Origin: Neodothiora populina
Lineage: Eukaryota
DNA length: 64,000 nt
Direction: 5' to 3'
Assembly (NCBI RefSeq): GCF_041146345.1
Contig: NW_027191406.1
Span: 248,001-312,000 of the forward strand
In this document: positions 11,851-24,652 of the stretch, in pieces
How the letters are laid out: each line of letters starts with the position of its first letter
Numbering within the stretch: position 1 is the stretch's first letter
Notes under the pieces: model-generated
The model's database searches: none
Told to the model about the DNA's origin: nothing
What the model saw: only the letters and a program-made list of their open reading frames with translations
Position numbers and translations under genes: made by a program

Positions 11851-14800
11851 TCAAGATCCTTCTCCTGATCCCGAGTCCTTGAGAGACAAGGAGATAGACC
11901 CGATGCTCACAGCCTTCTGAGGCACACCACCGCCATCCTTACTCTTGAGACTGCCTCTTCTCCTAAGTGTTGGTGTCTGCTCTTTCGTGTCTTTGGGACT
12001 GCCAACATCCTTATCGAGATCTGCCGCAGATAGTTCGCTTCGCACACTGCTTGCTGAGTTGCGACGCTTCACGCCACTTCCGGCGAGCTTTTCTAGGTCG
12101 TCTTCGTCGTCTTCGTCTCTACGACGTTTTTCGTGTAAGCGGTCCGGCGGCGAGGCTCCAGATGCTGTTGTGCGAGGCGAACCGCTCTCCACTGCGTTGG
12201 GAGACTTGTTTTCCTGGATAGCGGACGGTCCGCTGGGCGAAGCAGCCAGCACGTCCATAGTCTCGTCGTCATCGTCAGGGTATGCAACAAGTGGTGCCCT
12301 TGCCGGAGTTCCGCCATTCGAAAGAGCTTTTCCAACAGTTGTAGTCGGAAGAGACGTCTCATCCTCGTCTTCGCCGTCGGATGTGTTGAAGTATGCCTCC
12401 TCTTCCGCATCGGCATCCCTGAGACCTTGCCACCTTTGACCTCCATTGATTAGACCTTTGTTCGGCGTATCGGCACCTTGAGTAGAGAAGCTCGCCTCGT
12501 CTCCTTCTATGCCGTTCTGAATCTGATCGTATTTGTCCACCAGACTTTCGAAGATATTCACGTATGTGATGCCAAGAAGCTTCTCTCTATAATTTTCCAC
12601 CAACGGTACGATTAATTGCTTCAGATGCTCTTTTCTTATGTATTCGAAGAACTCCAGACTCGCAGAGTTCAGCAAGTTGTCCCGGGGCATTGTCTCGTAG
12701 ACAAGACCAAGCAATGGTTCAAAAAGGTGGTTCGCAATGATCTGCCGGTTGTGGTACTCGTCTTTGAGTCCTATGCAGATGCGGAACCACTTTAATGCAG
12801 TGAGTTTCAGGTGTTTCTGACCACACGACAAAAGCTGAGCAATGCGACAGTGGAGATTCTCGGTCAAGATGTAGTATTTGCTGCGGTATTGATGTTGTCG
12901 GACGAAGAAACTGAGTATTTCGACCAGATGAGTATAGAGGGAAGCCTCATTGACGGAAATGTGCTGCACTGTAGAGTTCGAGTTAGCCATATGCTGGATA
13001 GAAGCTGCATTACGTCAAGACCCACGTGATTCTCGATGTTCAAGATCCTTTAGCGGTTTGAACAGTCGCTGGGCGGCATCATCGTAGAAGTTATCAACGA
13101 AGCTTTCCATCTGAGCTCCAATGTTAGGATTGCCTCGCATCTTCGCCATGAAGTCACCGTTAGTTCTCCCTAGCATGTCCATCGAGGCTGAGCTGGCATT
13201 AGGGTCCAATAGAACTTTGATCGCATCCGCCATCTGTGCCTTGACGCCAAGATCAACCTCCACCAATAGCAGCTCGATTAAGGTGTCTGTGAGCGGCTTT
13301 GTCTTTTCATTTATGGCCTTGAAGATATATGTTCTCATCATGATTGGATCATGGTCAATCAGGGCGACAAGGACATCGCTACCAGCGACTCGGACAGCTG
13401 GATCATGATGACGAAGTGCAAAGGTCAATACGTCCAAAAGTCCTCCCTGGATGAGATTGTGGTACAGCTGGGCGCGCGATTGAGCCTGGATGTTCTTGGC
13501 TATGGCAGAGCAATTCGAGATAAACAGGACTGCATCCTTTTTCCTCTGCTCGTCGGTTTGCTGTGGAGCAAAAATCTGGAACAGGTCGGTCAAGAAGGCG
13601 GCATTAGATTGAATATGATTAACAATGTCGACTTGGTGGAAGAAGATCATCGAATTGAGAACGGAGAATGTAGGGTCATCGAGGATGCGAGCCAATACAA
13701 CGTCCTTGAGATATTGCAGACGATAGATGTAATGTATCTTACGTTTGATCTCAGGGTTTTCGATCTTGACAACCTCTCTAAATTTCGATTCGTCAGCGAG
13801 GAATTGTCGGTGGTTTGCCTTGTGGCTTGGGAAATCGGGATCGTCTGCGTTATAGGGTCAGCGGGGGCGAGGCAAGACTGTAAGGACGTTTGATCACACT
13901 CACATTCCAAAGCACCAACAACACCAAGTATGGCTTGATCTGTGACGACGAATTCTATGATTGAGGCGTCGTTCAAAAGAATAAGAGTTTTCATGATATT
14001 GCACAGCTTGTGGAGATCGTCAATATCCTCGAGGTCTTCGGCCATCTCGACAAGGGGCAACAGTTTCGGTATGTATAACGACTCGCCGGCCATTATAAAT
14101 TTGGCTAAAGCATCTCGGCCAGGGGCGGTTGAGCTGGCAGAGCGCATGATGTTTTCGATTTCCATAAGGTTTCCAAGCTCTGGATTTGGAAGGAGGATAG
14201 GATTGGAGTTGTCTATCATGTCGTCTGAAAGGCCATCATCTGTCAGAATGTGAGCGCCGAGGGATTTTGCGATTGGACCACACGTACCTGGATGCATTGC
14301 AACAAGACGCTGCTGCGCTTCGCTAACAAATTCCCTGTAGAGGAGCGTAAGTATATGCAACTTGGGCGGCTAAGGCAAACGCCAATACTGACCAAATTTG
14401 CGAGCAACCATCGGCTTCCTGGAAACTCAATGCCATGTCCACACCGGTAGATTCGGTCCATACGATCAAGGTATCTGGTAAGGCGTCAATTGCGCTCTTA
14501 ATCTGCCAGTCGTGACTGACTATCCGCCAAGAATGTCATCGTACCCTGCTGTTTCTGATAGCCATCATCCCGGGAGATCTTGGTCTCTAGTAGAGTCCTC
14601 GACGGCTCATCCTCTGACTGCACAACCACTCGAGCTTCATCTCCAGCCTGCTAAAAGTCCGAGTTAGTCAATTCATTCGATATCTGGACAATATGTTGAC
14701 CGCCATCATCACTAGGTAGGGCTGGTTGAAGGTGGTACTGGCAATAGATGCTGCGGTTCTACCAGGCTATGCGAAGAGGACATGCAAAGGAACGCATGAG

Positions 14801-14959
14801 ATGGTCTCATATTGCATAGTGATGATTGCGGAGGGGAATACTTACGCCAACAAGCTGACCGGCGCAGAAGCCTGTACCTCGGTCGTACCAGTCATTGTTC
14901 TTCAATTCATAGACTTTGACTCGCTTTCTGTCATTGGATGGCGCGGTAGCAAGTGCCAT
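11851..14959 (-). CDS. PSY2: Protein phosphatase 4 regulatory subunit 3 (Psy2/SMEK; EVH1 plus DUF625/ARM), multi-exon
   Basis: N-terminal RKRVKVYELKNNDWYDRGTGFC; ETKISRDDGYQKQQ; LIVWT...DMALSFQEA; LARILDDPTFSVLNSMIFF; PRDNLLNSASLEFFEYI; acidic disordered tail. Confidence 0.94.
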
Positions 14960-17900
14960 CATCAGATGAAGTGCGCACTGCTGAGCTCTGGGACTCGCTC
15001 AGTACAAAGGATTGGCGCCGCTATCAATGCGCCTAAACCGAGTGACGTTGTCTCCACCTTCACACCCTCACTGTGAGGAGTGTTGTGGACCAACCCTGAT
15101 ACCAAGTCTCACAAGCGAGTTGTATTCCCCTCCGTCTCCTTGATTATCGCAAATCCGTTCTGGTAACTGGGATCTTGTATCCGATGGATAACGGAATAAG
15201 CGCACGTGGTTCTTCTCCTGCTTCCTGGGTCGCGATTGCCGTCGCAGACGTCACGCGCTTCGAAGAGAAGGTACGGCGTAGCGGACGTGTAGGGAACTTT
15301 GGTTCTAGTCGCAGCTTGAGATCCAGACGTTGCTTACAAAAACACGATTAATGATTAGATGAGAAATGCGCGCGTGGAATAAGGATTCCGGCCGAGGGAC
15401 GTTTGCTAAATTTCGAGGTGATGGTTCTGCTTGCTGCAATCGAATTATTGTCGAATGACGAGATAGCCAGTGGCGCGCTCGTTCGCTCGGCACTTCGCGT
15501 GTCTGCGCCCGACGGAAAGCAATGCGACCGGGTAATGTCCAACGCGTACTTCGTCTCACACTGTTGCCTTCTCGATAACTCCGCTTATCGGCATGTGTTA
15601 TGTCGAACGAGCAGAGGGCTAAATTGATGGAACAGTCGTAGTACGTTTGGTGCAAGGGAACAACAGTGTCAGAGGTCCTGTGATGCTTCGCTCGTGCTCT
15701 CCTCCAGATTTCCACTGTTCAAGGTTGGCATAGTTGGTCTGTGCATATCCTTATGTCCCCAACGCGCCTGTCAACCTACAGTACTGCACTGCACCTTACC
15801 TCACTTACCACCACCTTATCGACTTATAGCCTTCGAAGACTTGTATATTCTGGCTTATGATTTCACGCTTACCATCAAGTAGGATGAGTCTGGAGCCTTA
15901 GCAGCCGATGCAGTTCTTTGCGACAGACAGCTGAATTCAGAATGAAGCTATTCGAACTGATCTCGAGTGCACCAGCACGTACAACATAAGTACAAAGATA
16001 CCTTACCTTACTAGACACAGCAGAAGTATCGCGAGAGCACCTTACGATGCTTGGCTCTGGCAGGCACCATTTGCATGTTAGACACACGGCATTGCGTCAT
16101 CTTGGACCCTGAAATGGAAGACGAACAACTCTTGTCACGTGTGGTGCCTGTTGCACTTCCCTGCTATTGATGATCTCTGGGGAAATAATGTTAGTCGATC
16201 TGCAAAGCACTGTGACGATCCTGCGATCCATAATTCTTCGTTTGACACCGTCGAACACCCAAGATTCCCAGCCTGCTATGCGATTTTAGGGCTTTCTACT
16301 GTTTCAGGCTGCTTCTGGGGATCAATCCCGTCCCGTGTGATCCATCAACGGGCTTCAAGCTCTTACTTGATCATCTCCAATATCTCGAAGCTATCAAGGA
16401 TAGGAGTGTATTATTTTGACTCGACCATGGTGCTCATGCTTTGTCAATGTACTAAGGGCTCTGCGCTCGTTCTCCACTTGGATCTGAACACCAGGTGGTG
16501 ACTTTCTGAGGTTCTATATCGTGTGTACACATCGGATGGTAGCCGGCAATCGAAAGGTCAACGGTCAGACACCTTGTGATCGGTCGGAAGTTCTATGATA
16601 GTTCAATATACATATAGGGTGTCGATATTACTATCTGCCTTGTCAGCATTCAGACTGCTGGGTATTCATATCGGCTTCGTCCATTGCTGTCGGCACTGTA
16701 GAAGTGCGATACCTGACTCAGCATATAGTGAGCCTACACAAGTAGTTGAGGCCGAAACTTAGTCTTTCCCACTCTATTCAAGCCTCGGTGTACTTACAGG
16801 TATATAGCACCGCGGAGGATAATGTGAGACACGTACGCAGTGGTGCATCTCAAGCCCCACGCCATGTGGATGTGACTATGTCACAGCTGCTTCTGATGTA
16901 CTGGCTGCCGTAAATCTGAGCTTGGTGGCTCGGTGATAGAGCCGTGAGCCTCCGATACCCGGGGTCTCCGCAGCCGTCATTGTCATTCACCCACAGATCT
17001 TCCCGTGAGGCATAAAGCTTTCGCAAACATGCGTGATACACAGTACAACCAGAACCTGTCAGCCTGTCTCTTCACGATTGACCAGACTTGCAGATAATTC
17101 ACTTCATTGGCGTGCTCATCGTCAGTTGACTAGACACGATTCACGACACTTGCGCACGAACAGCTGAAAGGTTGCGCCGAGCTGAAACGCACATCGAGCA
17201 CCTGTAAGTGGAGTCTGGGCCTGAGGTCCTCAATCGTGCAATATCTTCTTCTATCGTACTATGGCAGTGAGCTGTTGTGACGATACGCAAAGACGGCACC
17301 AGTCTCAGCCAGACCATGGCTTTTGAAATTTGCGTGGTCAGACGTTCAGCTGGCGGCGTGCCTGACGCTAGTGGTCTTGGCTGGAGCCCGCTAGCTGAAT
17401 TCTGTTCACGGGAATGCATCAACCTTGGTGCCATGTGAAGACGACAAGGTACATTACCCGATCTAGCATCTTAGCTTGCCCGCAATAAGGAACCGCTCTA
17501 CAAACGAGGACATATTGACAAGGGTAGACCTTCGACAGCTTCCAACATCACCCATGTTGCACGCTATCACCCGGATCTGCACCATATTGCCATCCTTGCC
17601 GCTTTCCTGCCGTCTTATGGTGATGGGAACTTTCTCGGTATAAGTAGTGTAGATTCGTATCGAGTAAGCATTTCCCTACCAACGCTCTTCCGGTATGTCT
17701 TGATTTGTGAAGTATCATAGCAACTAAGTGTCGGGAGCAGGCTGGATTACGTCTACTTACTCGTCTGACTTGTCTCCCGTTCTGATACATGACGAGAGTT
17801 TAGGGGGGACATTGTAGATAGAGAAACCCTATGTGAGCTTTGACATGCGAGTTCTCACGGTTGTGGCTGACGTGCAGGAATCCTCACGCTTCGCTATGAA

Positions 17901-18206
17901 TGTCAAATCCCGAAAGTGCTTTCGCGCTAGATTCACCATGGTGAGCTTCGTGGTTAGATCCCGCTGGGGTTGCCGTTTACGAACGAGACAAAAGGCGTCC
18001 ATTCCCTCGTTTCTCTCTGGGGTTCTTCGTTTAACTAGATCTCTTGTATCGCATTCACTACCCATACTTACGATCCGCGTGTGTCTTCGCCTAACGGTTC
18101 TGAGACACTCATAGAGGAGCATTGTGATCTATAACAGCAGCAACCTCGATCAACGTCAACTATCTATTCACTTGTATAGACCCGTAATCTCGGGAGAGTT
18201 TCCAAA

Positions 18207-19092
18207 ATGTCGATTCTTTCTAAGATCAAGGGGGAGAAGAAAGACTCGGAGCAGAACACAAATCAACCACAGGAGCAGAAACGTCCCGATGCAATAACGA
18301 GACGTAGTTGGACAGCCGGAGATATGCGACAACTTCAGAGGACGGCCATGCCACCCATCAGTAGGACGAACAGTGAACTGTCCATGCGCTCTTCAAAATC
18401 GTCAAAATCTTCAAAGTATCGCTTGGGTCGACCGTCCAGCAGTCTCGGTCGCAATGTCAGCTTCCAAGGCTTAGCAAAGGTCTTGGAAGACCACGACGAT
18501 GGTGAGGATGGTGTACCACCAGTTCCTGCAATGCCACTCAGATACTCCTCGGCCTCTTCCTCGAGACCGTCCTCTTCTCGCGGCCCTTACTCGGCCAAAA
18601 GCACGCCAGGCAAGAGCCCATTGTCAAGTGCTGGTAAGTGTCATGAAGTCAAGCTTTATGTAGACAAATGCTAATGTCATTCCAGAATCAACACCTCCAG
18701 ATAGTGAGGATAGCTCCAATGCCTCGAGTAAATCGGAAGACGTCCTCGAAATGCGTTCACACCCTTTCAGTAGTCCTGAACAGTTCGTTTTCCGTAAGAG
18801 CCGCGATTTTGAGGACCACGTCAGCAAAGACTGGAAGGGTAAAGCACCAATGTACGGTTCAAACACCATGATGGCTGAACGAGCCACAATGTCACAGCAC
18901 TCCCCTGAGGCAGAAAGGGATCAGCAGCCTGATCGAAGATACTTTACACATGCAAGCCCAACTGGTCCTTCAACCTCACAGATGACCGTAAAGCCTGCAC
19001 CCGCTTCATCCAAGGACACGGCGACGAGACCAACGAAGAAGAACAAGTTCAGCTTCTTCAAGAAAGAAGGTAGCTCGGTTGCCGCTCATTAA
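18207..19092 (+). CDS. Hypothetical Ser/Arg-rich disordered protein; 2 exons
   Basis: ATG in caaaATG context. Intron 18634-18685 (gtaagt...ctaat...cag) joins the 18207 ORF in frame to the 18751-19092 ORF. No recognisable domain. Confidence 0.7.
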
Positions 19093-20679
19093 ATCTTGCC
19101 ATGATGCTGCCAAATGCTGTGCGGGCTCAACATGTCTCTGTGGAGAGTTACTACGAATATTGTGGTTCGCATTTCCGCCTTACTATGACGGACTTGTCAG
19201 TTTACAATGTCTGAAGGGGAATCTTAACGAATTTCATGGTTATCTTGTTTATGAAGCGACTGATATTATCGAAGCGCCGCAAATGTCGGTTGGAAGGGAT
19301 TTTTGTTATTATTAGATCTTTGCGTCTGAGCGGATGGATTACCTGCCGTTTGCGAACGGCACCACGAATTACATGGACATTAATGGGACATTAAGTGCAA
19401 AAACAAGCATTGCAGCCTGAGCGTGATTGGTGCTTCCCTTATCTTGATGAACTATGTGGCACCTCAAGACCAAGGTTCTGTTCATCATGCATTGTACCAC
19501 GATGGAATAATGTCTCCTGCTTGTGTCGGATGTTATTTCGATATGTGGGGCCCTCTACGCTGGCAATCGTTCTATTGAAATGTTAAAAAAAGCTCCCGCT
19601 ATCCGCGACCCAACAAGGCCTCAAGAAGCCTAAAATTGCCGATTTGTGAGGTAACCCTAGATTTACTGTACAGATGCATCCCATATGCACTTATGAACTT
19701 AATCCTCGACTTTCAATTGTCCGGTCCTATCACATCGGCCTGGCCGAGGACTACCGTACCAGGTGATTGCATTTGTGTCAACACGTGCTGCCAGCACAGC
19801 ACATTGGAGTAGTGCCTATGCCTCTCGGAAATACCATGCCTCCCAGGATGATCTAAGATATGCAAGCGAAGGATGGAAACATTGGGCTTGCAGGAAAGCT
19901 AGATCGCGTTGTGTCTCTAGCAACAATCCAAGGTTTTGCGATCCTTGTCCTTGTATTGACAGGCTGGCCCGCCTATGCGCGTCGTTTTCCTCGAAGCCTT
20001 GTTGTTTAGACGTCTTTGTCTTCATACATAGGGACATGCGCAACCACGTCCTCGCGTGGTGTTAATATGCGAGCAGCTTCTGCAGATCACTTGGGCTAGA
20101 CCCTTGACAAATGGGAAATGTGTCAGTCTCACGAGCATGCACGGGTCAAGGAGGGTAGGTATACGAGAAGCAATATCTGCTCGTGAAGGATGGCAAGGAT
20201 ACTGTACTACTCAGAAGTTTTGCGGCAATAGACGACTTCCCATTTCGCAATTTCAACAAAATGTTACTGTCCAGCATGTTCGTACAATAAAACTTCGAAA
20301 GAGCTGTCAAAACGGGTGGAGATGAGAAGATGTGGGGAAATCTATGGGCCGCCAGATAGCTCTGGCGTAGTTAAAAAAAAAAAAGTTGTTGAATCGACGG
20401 GAGACGCACAGATGGGGGCGAGATGATTAGCCAACAGTATGATACAGAGTACAAGTACTGTCCACTATTTCCTGCGTGGTGACTTGTGTACATTTTTCTG
20501 CTGTATAAGCTTTTCAACTCGTCTTACTTCCAGTTGCGAGGTGTGAGCTTTATGCGAACGCCACCTTCACCTATATAGAGATTGGCGAAATCTCAGATCA
20601 GCGACCCTCTCATACAGGAAAGTTCACGACGTAGATATTCGGGATCTTTTCAACCTTGGTGACGGGAAGAGAAGCAGCC

Positions 20680-21951
20680 ATGACATCTGGAAATGGTCAG
20701 CAGGCCGAGCCTACCGAGAACGAGATCAACGAAGCGTTTGCTCCGGTGGAGCGAGTCAGTGTGAAGCCAAAGGGGACCAATACGACTCCCGAACCATCGA
20801 CTCCAACATCTTCGATCAGGGGTCGAATTCACGGTGCTCCTGAGGTCATCGGTATAACTGAAAACGACGAGAATCCACACACTGTGCACGAATACGAGGA
20901 AACAGCACAGAGGAAAAAGGGCAGATTTGCATATCTCAAAACTAGAGATTTCTGGATTGTGCTCTGCCTTACGCAGATCATTGCCCTCGCTCAGACCGGC
21001 ACTAATACCTTCACAACTCTAATCGCCAACAAGGGCACAAACATCCCAGCTTTCCAAACGTTCTTCAACTACGTGCTGCTGAACATCGTCTACACTTCAC
21101 TGACGCTTTACAAATATGGCTTCAAGAAGTGGGGTCAAATCGTCCTGAAAGACGGCTGGCGATATTTCATCCTGGCATTTCTGGACGTCGAGGGAAACTA
21201 CTTCATCGTCCTAGCCTATGAATACACCAACCTGCTGTCTGCTCAGCTGTTCAGTTTCTGGACTGTCATTTGCGTTGTGGTCATCTCCTTGATTTTCCTC
21301 AAGGTCCGCTACCATCTGGCACAGTACGGCGGAATCGTCCTCGCATGCGGCGGCTTTGCCATATTGATCGCTAGTGATTTCATCACGCGGTCCAACAACT
21401 ACGCTCCAGCAAATGCGTTGAAGGGCGATCTCTTCTGTCTGCTGGCTCAGACTCTGTATGCCTTCTCCAACACATTCGAGGAGTTCCTGGTTTCCAAACG
21501 GCCCATGTACGAGGTCATTGGTCAGCTTGCCTTCTGGGGCATGTGTATCAACGGCGTCCAAGCAGCCATCTTCGATAGGCACTCGATCCAGCATGCGAAC
21601 TGGGATAGCGCCATCGGTGGCTATCTGACAGGCTACACCCTGTTGCTCTTCGTCTTCTACAGTCTTGCGCCCATCGTTTTCCGCATGTCCAGTGCCGCCT
21701 TCTTCAACATAGGTCTGCTAACCGGAACCTTCTGGGGCGTGATTGTCGGCGTCAAAGTCTTCGATTACCATATCCATTACCTCTACCCTATTGCATTTGT
21801 CCTCATCTTACTGGGCCACTTTGTCTATTATGGTACCGAGGGAGTTTTAGGAGAGGCGAAGAAGCCGTGGCTGGGCGAAGACCAAGAAGGAGGCGAAAGT
21901 GGACTGGGAACTGCCAGGCGAAGAGCAGAGAACCCGGACAGTATTATTTGA
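20680..21951 (+). CDS. SLC35F / DUF914 family multi-pass transporter (DMT superfamily), intronless
   Basis: IPAFQTFFNYVLL, YFILAFLDVEGNYFIVLAYEYTNLLSAQL, KGDLF...LYAFSNTFEEFLV, SSAAFFNIGLLT; about 10 hydrophobic segments. Confidence 0.9.
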   Translation: MTSGNGQQAEPTENEINEAFAPVERVSVKPKGTNTTPEPSTPTSSIRGRIHGAPEVIGITENDENPHTVHEYEETAQRKKGRFAYLKTRDFWIVLCLTQIIALAQTGTNTFTTLIANKGTNIPAFQTFFNYVLLNIVYTSLTLYKYGFKKWGQIVLKDGWRYFILAFLDVEGNYFIVLAYEYTNLLSAQLFSFWTVICVVVISLIFLKVRYHLAQYGGIVLACGGFAILIASDFITRSNNYAPANALKGDLFCLLAQTLYAFSNTFEEFLVSKRPMYEVIGQLAFWGMCINGVQAAIFDRHSIQHANWDSAIGGYLTGYTLLLFVFYSLAPIVFRMSSAAFFNIGLLTGTFWGVIVGVKVFDYHIHYLYPIAFVLILLGHFVYYGTEGVLGEAKKPWLGEDQEGGESGLGTARRRAENPDSII

Positions 21952-22847
21952 TAACGAACTAGTGCACTATCGACCACGAGACATTTGCTTACTTACAGCC
22001 TGGCCCGAACATCGATGATGTTGGATGACTTCAACGGCTCACTTTTATACTCACTGCATACGGACACCACTCATTCATGTGGAAACAAGGCGTACATATT
22101 TTGCATTTGATTTCTCGAAAATCATATACGATGACTCGGGCAGCATATGTGCTGAGTCGTATCATACTTCACGTTTCTTGTACAAAGATTGAATGATCAA
22201 AGTAATAGTCCAGACCCTAGCACGCTGATTCTCGCAAAATTGCATTCCAATGATCTGGACCCCTGTTACAGCACTTCGGCGATCCGATCGTCTACTTGTA
22301 ACGGCAGCAATTCAGTACTACTACGCAACAACGGTGAAAACCCCCACAATACGCCATTTCCGCGTATGTGTATAGCTGAACATACACGCCGCGTCTAGTA
22401 TAACTGTGGGTAGGGGAACCCTGTCTATGGAGTCCTGTTTCAATCGATGCTTAGATACCTTGAGTCTGTTGATACGAGCACGTCGAGGATTTGGTTTTCA
22501 ATTACCTTTATATGCGATATTGTATGCATATTAGCCAGCGGGCGTGCTGTATCGGGGTGTCGACTCGCAGTGATAGAGTACCCAGTGAAAGCGACCCCAA
22601 AATCGATTGATCGTCAAGCCAACTAGCGAATATAAAGCATTTTTTGTAGAATGATAGATGATGTTCGGAAGACGGATATATTATACTGGATATGTGATCA
22701 TCTGGATTCTCTCGACATAGATCATTTAGGGGCCTTTGATCGGCTTGTCGAGGTTTACTATCTTGTCATCGGGCTCAAGTCTCCTCGAGGACAACATCTA
22801 CTTACCAAGCACAAGTCTCTACAGCACCTCTGAGTGGTAGCTCGACT

Positions 22848-24281
22848 TCAGATATGCTTGGAGGTAGAGCTCGACTGCTGAGCTTTCCCGTCTCTTTCTG
22901 GCTCTACTGAAGAAGTTGATTCTTGTACAAGCTCCACCAATCCATCCTCTGGTTGTTCGTCGACAGCACGGTCGTCATCCGATGTCACGATTACTTCATC
23001 GTTTCCGTCCACGGGTTGTGTCAGAGCTGCTCTTCTGGCATCGACTCTTTTCCTCCATGGTTTGTAGCATACGACGCCCAACAGGCCAAACACGACGAAT
23101 GAGCCGCACACGGCGCCACCTGATTGAGGTCAGTGGGGGCTTCACGGGCTGGCTGATCTTGTTGCACTCACCGATGATATCGTAGTGGTCACTTGCAACT
23201 ATGACGCCATCCCAAAATCCTCCTTCTAGTTCTGCTGCTCCTTGTAGCATACCTAGAAATTGAATCGTTCCAATGACGATAGCAACCAAGACGGTGACTC
23301 CTGTTAGAATAGCCTGGTAATAAAGCACAGCAATAGTATCTGATGCGAGTCTTGCGGATGTGTACAGAGACATCATAAGTGCGCCATCTATCGTGTCCAA
23401 TAGACACATGCCCGATGTGAAGAGGACAGGGAAAAGTAATATCAACCATATGGATGTACCCTGTGAAGCAGAAATGGCACTGATACCCAATAGAGCGATT
23501 TCCGATGATGTATCAAATCCTAGGCCGAACATGACGCCCAGCGGATACATTTTCCATGGCCTTCGTAGGTTTGGTCAGTCATTTGCTTCACTATAACAGA
23601 GAAGTTGGGTATCGAGACGAACCGATCGACAATCTTGAACATCTTCTTCAGAACGTGAAAGAGGCAACCACCGCCTTCAATCTTGAAGTCGGGCTCTTCA
23701 GCGTTCGCGGGCGTCTTCATGACTTTTTGTAATTGCTTCAGTAATTTGTACAGGATCCAGACGTTCATGCCACCAAGCACGATGAGAAAGACAGCAGAAA
23801 CGGTACTGCCTATGATGCCTCCGACACGCGAGAAACCATCGAAACGCTTCTCCACAGCAGCTGCAGTAGACGCTACGACGATGGATGTGATGATGACAAT
23901 GGTACTATGTCCTAATGAGAAGAATGTTCCAACGGTGACGGGTCTCTGGCCTGACGCAATCAAGCGCCTGGTCATGAGATCTATGGCGGAGATGTGGTCC
24001 GCATCGAAAGCATGCCGTAACCCGAGGGTCCACGAGAGCACTGCGGTGGAAACAAGAGAAGGATGGTAGCTCAAGACTATGCCGACAGCAATCCATACAG
24101 CGATATTCACCGTGACTAAGAGAGAGATGATAGCAACTGCCGGTAATGGCAGACGCTTTAGGAAGGGTATCCGCTGATGGTAGTATTGACCTTTGAGATG
24201 CAGATGATGGACTTGCCTGCTGAAGCCTGACTCTGGGTCCTGTAACAAGGGCATACCGCCGCCCACCACCGGAGCTGCCAT
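22848..24281 (-). CDS. NIC1: High-affinity nickel/cobalt permease (NiCoT family); 3 exons
   Basis: Signature LGLRHAFDADHISAID, FFSLGHSTIV, MYPLGVMFGLGFDTSSE, GMCLLDTIDG. Introns near 23562-23622 and 23119-23170. Confidence 0.94.
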
Positions 24282-24652
24282 CACGCAAGCAAGCTCTCCG
24301 AAAATTCAGAGGTCTGAAGATAATTTGTTCTTAGTGTTTTTACCTTACAATATAAATTTACTTCGCGGGCGAATGAGTAGGTAAGCAATGATAGTGGGGC
24401 ATTCGGCTCGGCGCTGGCTTGGTGCGGGGCAAGATCTCCATTACGGGGGCCTCCGACTACTCCAATTCGCAATGATATCAAGATGCGCGAATGGCTGTGT
24501 AATGGACACAGCTCCGTTGCGGAGATCTGCATCTGTACACTGCTAGGGTGTGTTCTTGGTCATGTAGAAAGAGTCTATCTAATGGCGGCCGGGCGAGTTG
24601 AACTACGGCGGACGTGAACGTAGAACAATCAGCAAAATAGCTTTAATACTCA

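Noticed and set aside
14648..14845. Long first intron of PSY2 with a GTGATGA box-C-like word and an internal AG
   Set aside because: No box D or terminal stem for a snoRNA, and no clear donor for an extra exon; direct splicing already gives a normal EVH1 sequence.
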